Assembly: GCF_000143415.4 (NCBI RefSeq)
Contig: NW_003314345.1
Coordinates: 80,574-144,573, forward strand
Direction: 5' to 3'
From: Selaginella moellendorffii
Taxonomy: Eukaryota; Plantae; Lycopodiophyta
DNA length: 64,000 bases
A program made the translations under genes and the position numbers. This document shows positions 59,937 to 64,000 of this stretch, one piece after another. How positions within the stretch are numbered: the first letter of the stretch is position 1; each line of letters begins with the position of its first letter. Under the pieces are notes generated by a model. It was not told the DNA's origin, did not search any database, and saw nothing but the letters and a program-made list of their open reading frames with translations.

Positions 59937-62037
59937 ATGGTTTCCAAGGCTACAGAGGAATGCTTCGCGCGGCTCCTCCGATCGTGCAACACGCCCAAGC
60001 TCCTGCCCGAGGGCAAGAGGATCCACGCCCGGATCGTCGAATCCGGCGGACCCACGCGCTTCCTCGGCAATCTCCTCGTCCAGATGTATGGCAAATGCGG
60101 CAGCCTCGACGACGCGCGCGCGGCATTTCACTCCATCCCAGGCCCCAACATCTTCTCCTGGAGCATCATGCTCGGCGCCAGCATCCACAACAGGGATCTG
60201 GGCGGCGCGCGGCGGCTGTTCGAGATCGAGTCCTCGTACGAGTCCGAACCCGAATCCGAAGTCGGACACGAAATGCGGTCTGAGATCGAGCCAGAGACTA
60301 AGTCCAAATACTAATACGGGTCAAGGGGTGAAAGCCCAAACTGTGCGTCTCCCAGGGGGGGGGGCTGCAGGGGGTTCCAAAAGTATAGTAGGGATAGTGA
60401 GGTCCAGGAACCAGTTTTGAAGGGACTTTCCAGTTGGGCTTCCAAACCAACTTGAGGTTGAGACTGGGACCGAGGGGCATTGGGTGGGAGTGAGCATGGA
60501 CTTCGCAGATGCCGAGGCCATGTTTGCGAGGATGCCCGCGAGGACGATCGTGCACTGCAGCTCCATGCTCTCGGTATATGCCCGGAAAGGGCATTTGCGG
60601 AAGATGGAGAAACTCTACGAGCAAATGCCCGAGTGGGATGCGATGTCGCAAGCGTTGTTGGTATGTCGCTACGCGCAGCTGGGCTACGTTGACAAGGCGA
60701 AGGAGATGTTCGAGGCAATGGAAGAGAAGGACGTGGTTGCTGCAAATGCGATTATCACAGCACTTTCCCGAAAGGGGGATTTGGATCACGCGAGAGAGGT
60801 GTTTGACGCGATGGCGGAGGAGGATCGCACGGAGGTGTCGTGGCTCGCGATGATCCAGGGCTACGCTCGCCACGGCGCACTGCGCAAGGCGGCGGAGCTT
60901 CTCAAGTCGATGCCGCGGCCACACAAGGGCGCGGCGGCTCACAACGCGCTCATCACAGCATTTGCCGAGAAGGGGCATCTTGTGGGCGCCAAGAAGACAT
61001 TCGATTCCATGGCGGCGGACGAGCAGGACGTGGTGTCGTGGACGGCCATGATGGCGGCGTACGCCCAGAGCGGACGGCTGGATGAGGCCGTGGCGGTGTT
61101 CGAGGATATGCCATGGCGGGACGTGGCGGCGTGGAACGCAGCGGTGGCGGCGCTGGCGCACTGCGGGCGAGGGAAGGAATCGGTGGAGAAGTTCCAGCGG
61201 ATGATCCAGGAGGGAGTGGCGGCGGACGAGATCTCCTTCGTCAGCGTGCTCACGGGATGCAGCCGCGAGGGATTGCTGGCCAGTGGGCGAGAGATCTTCA
61301 CGTCCATGAGCGCCGATTTCGCGATCCAGCCCGGGAGGGATCACTACGGGTGCATGGTGGATCTTCTTGGGCGATCGGGGGAGCTCGCGGACGCGGAAGA
61401 TCTCATGGGATCGATGCCCTTCGTCCCCGAGATCGTGACATGGATGGCGCTGCTGGGCGCTTGCAAGAATCATCGCAGCGAAGAGATTGGCGCGCGGATC
61501 GCTCACCGGATCATCGAGCTGGACGCCGCGAATCCCACCACGTACGTGCTGCTCGCGGGGCTCTACGCGTCGATCGGCAAGCGCGAGAAGGCCGAGGCTG
61601 TGAGAGAAGAGATGAGGAAGAACAAGAAGGGTAGCAGCGCCACCGCCGTGGCTGTCATCGAGATCGATGGGAAGCAGCATCGATTGGTTGCTGGGGAGTG
61701 GCGATCGCATCCTCGCAGCGGCGAGATCGAGGCGGAATTGGAGCGGCTGGAGAGATCGATCCAGGAGGCCGGATACAAGCCCGATGATTTGCAGCTGGGC
61801 GAAGAAGAGGGCGTCGCATCTTCGCATCACAGTGAGAGGCTCGCGATCGCGCTGGGGATGATCGCGACGCCCAGCGCCACGACGTTGCGGATCGTCAAGA
61901 ATGTGCGCGTCTGCGCTGATTGCCACGCCGCCGCGAAGATCATCGCGAGGATCTCTGGCAGGAAGATCGTGGTTAGGGATTCTAGCCGGTTCCACTACTT
62001 CGACAAGGGGCAATGCTCGTGCCAGGATTATTGGTGA
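59937..62037 (+). CDS. PLS-E-DYW PPR protein (organellar RNA-editing type), split by an LTR fragment at ~60220-60497
   Basis: 5' part has LVQMYGKCGSLDDA; 3' part has short motifs, the E domain, HSERLA, CADCH and a terminal DYW. Confidence 0.92.
60220..60497 (+). mobile_element. LTR-derived insertion homologous to ~5590-5819
   Basis: Colinear match from the hexamer array to 'gtgagcat'; no TSD visible. Confidence 0.88.
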
Positions 62038-62199
62038 CAAGAACCCTCCCGAGGAACCTTAAAAGCAAGCGAGAGGCTAGTCGGTCGATCGATCGATTCG
62101 GTTCTTGGCGCAGATTGGATCAATTCACTCGGCGTCAGTTCTTGCGGATCTGGCCGCTGGTACCCGTGCATCTTCACCATGCTTTGGACGAAATCCGCG

Positions 62200-62600
62200 T
62201 CTTGATCGTCGCGGTAGCTGTCTTGTCGCACAGTTTCACGATCCACAACAGAGCCACTAGACTTTGAGTACAATAGTATCCAGATAATGGATCTCGAAAG
62301 AGCGATGCGCGCAGCCTCTTAGACACAAGCCCCACCTCGAAGTAGATGTAGTCGCGATTGGATTCAGCCACCCGTCACTCCCAGCCGCTCCTTGGCTTGG
62401 ATCCCCGATAGATTCTAGATCTTGCCATAGCCCAGCTTCTCAGAGATGGGCCACACCAGATTCCGAAGCTGTGGTAGCATTTATGCTGGAGATGGACGAT
62501 TGTTGTCGACCAGATTGGAGAAGACTGCCGGGGAGGCCATGATCTTCCGCTCTGGCAGAATCGCGTCAGCGACGAGTCAGCGAAGAGCGCAACATCTCTC
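62200..62600 (-). pseudogene. Degenerate DUF538 gene
   Basis: Fragments HGLPGSLL, LGYGKI*NLSGIQAKE and YIYFEVGLVSKRL in shifting frames. Confidence 0.6.
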
Positions 62601-64000
62601 AGCTGGGCGCGATTCGGTTAAGGGGGGAGGAAGAGCTCCAGGAGCGATGCTCTCGCACAACAAGACTTTGGTAGCAGGGTTGGTAGAGGCGGACTTTCGT
62701 CAGTAGCAATGTTCTAGATTTACATCTCAATCAAATGTATTTTTATTAAACATAAATAGTATGACGTGGCACGACCTATAACCGTTATATGGATTAGGGT
62801 TTAGAAAGCTGAAAATGGCTGCCCAAGCTGCCAATGTTTTGTCTCCCAAGGAAATCCATTTGATCAGGGAGCATCTGTCCTCATCAAAAGTGGTTGAAGA
62901 GGACATAGTCTACATGGAAGTGACAAACAAGTTGGAGGCACTGTTGGCAATTAAAAGTGGAGTTTCAAGCTAGTTTTTACTTGTTTCCATGTAACTATAC
63001 ACTTTTGATTGATAAACATGTATGTGCATTCCCATGTCCTAATGGACTAATACAAAAATTAGGCATGCCACCTCTTAACAAGCTACTTTATGTGATTCTT
63101 TTATGTCTCAACTAGACTTAGTCTTGAAGTAAAAGTGATCATGGTCATCTATTGCAGATCAAGTTGATATCCAAATCTCCCCCTTGAGCTAAACATAGAA
63201 TAGAGTTGGGGAGGCACCACTGCTAATGGATCCCATTGTCAACCACCTTGTTGAAACACATGAGCCATTTATTCCTCCACTCATCTAGTTGACTGGGTTT
63301 TACTTGCTCTTTCACAATGGTGTAGTGGAGGCGCACAGTTGCAACACCATGAGGCCACAATGGCAAATAAATGTCCATTGAAGTGATAATAGTTATATAC
63401 TTCCTAGAGTGCTTATATTTATGTTGCTTTCCATATTGCCCAATGCCTCCCAAACTGACATGCCAACTTTAGTTTTTGTCACATCCCACCAAATTTGCAT
63501 TCCCCAACCATGTCATCCTCAACATTAAATGCATCTCCAAAGTGGACTTGTAGCCAGACCTCTTGTTCTTTCAAACCAATGAAGAATATCCTCACTCTTA
63601 GCTTCAAACTCTAGAATATCCTTGCCATTTTGAGAATTTGTCTCTATACCTCTTTTGCCATATCAGAATCCCAAAGTATGTATCACAATATTTTTATCTT
63701 TCTACATTTTTGCACTATCAATATATTTCATCATGAAAATGTTGTCCCATTAGTTACCCATTATTCACCACTAACTTGTAAACAACCAAAAAGAATAATT
63801 TGAAAAACAGTTTATAAAAGTTTGAATATAAAAAGAAATAATTTATTTGAAAAGGTTTATAATTAAAAGTGCATTTTTTTTTCCAATCAATTAAAGGTTT
63901 TAGAATTTTTATGGTTAAGCTATTGGGAAAAAAAAATCTAAATTTAGGAGTTATAAATTCAAGAGCTTACATAACCAATAGTTTCCAAAAGGCAAATATG

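Noticed and set aside
60298-62040. 580-aa minus-strand ORF and 60311-60745
   Set aside because: Antisense shadow of the GC-rich PPR-DYW CDS; no domain signal.
62750-64000. Possible transposase remnant in the AT-rich end
   Set aside because: No diagnostic motif or termini recognised.

Overview
Compact plant nuclear DNA with very short introns, tight head-to-head genes and many PLS-class PPR genes rich in short motifs. This is most consistent with a lycophyte such as Selaginella (inference). 1-12.5 kb is a nested cluster of three Ty3/gypsy LTR retrotransposons. It includes a 169-bp solo LTR with a 5-bp TSD that carries the 5S rRNA internal Pol III promoter (Cassandra-like), and a near-intact element with a G_GGA_AAC slippery site plus a predicted pseudoknot. 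The rest is gene-dense: an overlapping convergent PPR pair and its rearranged duplicate, two small Cys-rich secreted proteins, EIN2, an MBD4-like glycosylase, a SAP-like gene followed by ~250-bp repeated exon modules, a CW zinc-finger gene, a class III peroxidase, a mosaic of DUF604/STE24/rDNA fragments, an S-domain receptor kinase, an LRR pseudogene, a NACK-type kinesin-7, a PAP29-like phosphoesterase, LEA14, DUF538 and a PPR-DYW gene split by an LTR fragment. Short local duplications eroded by micro-deletions recur throughout. All family calls come from motif recognition; no searches were run.
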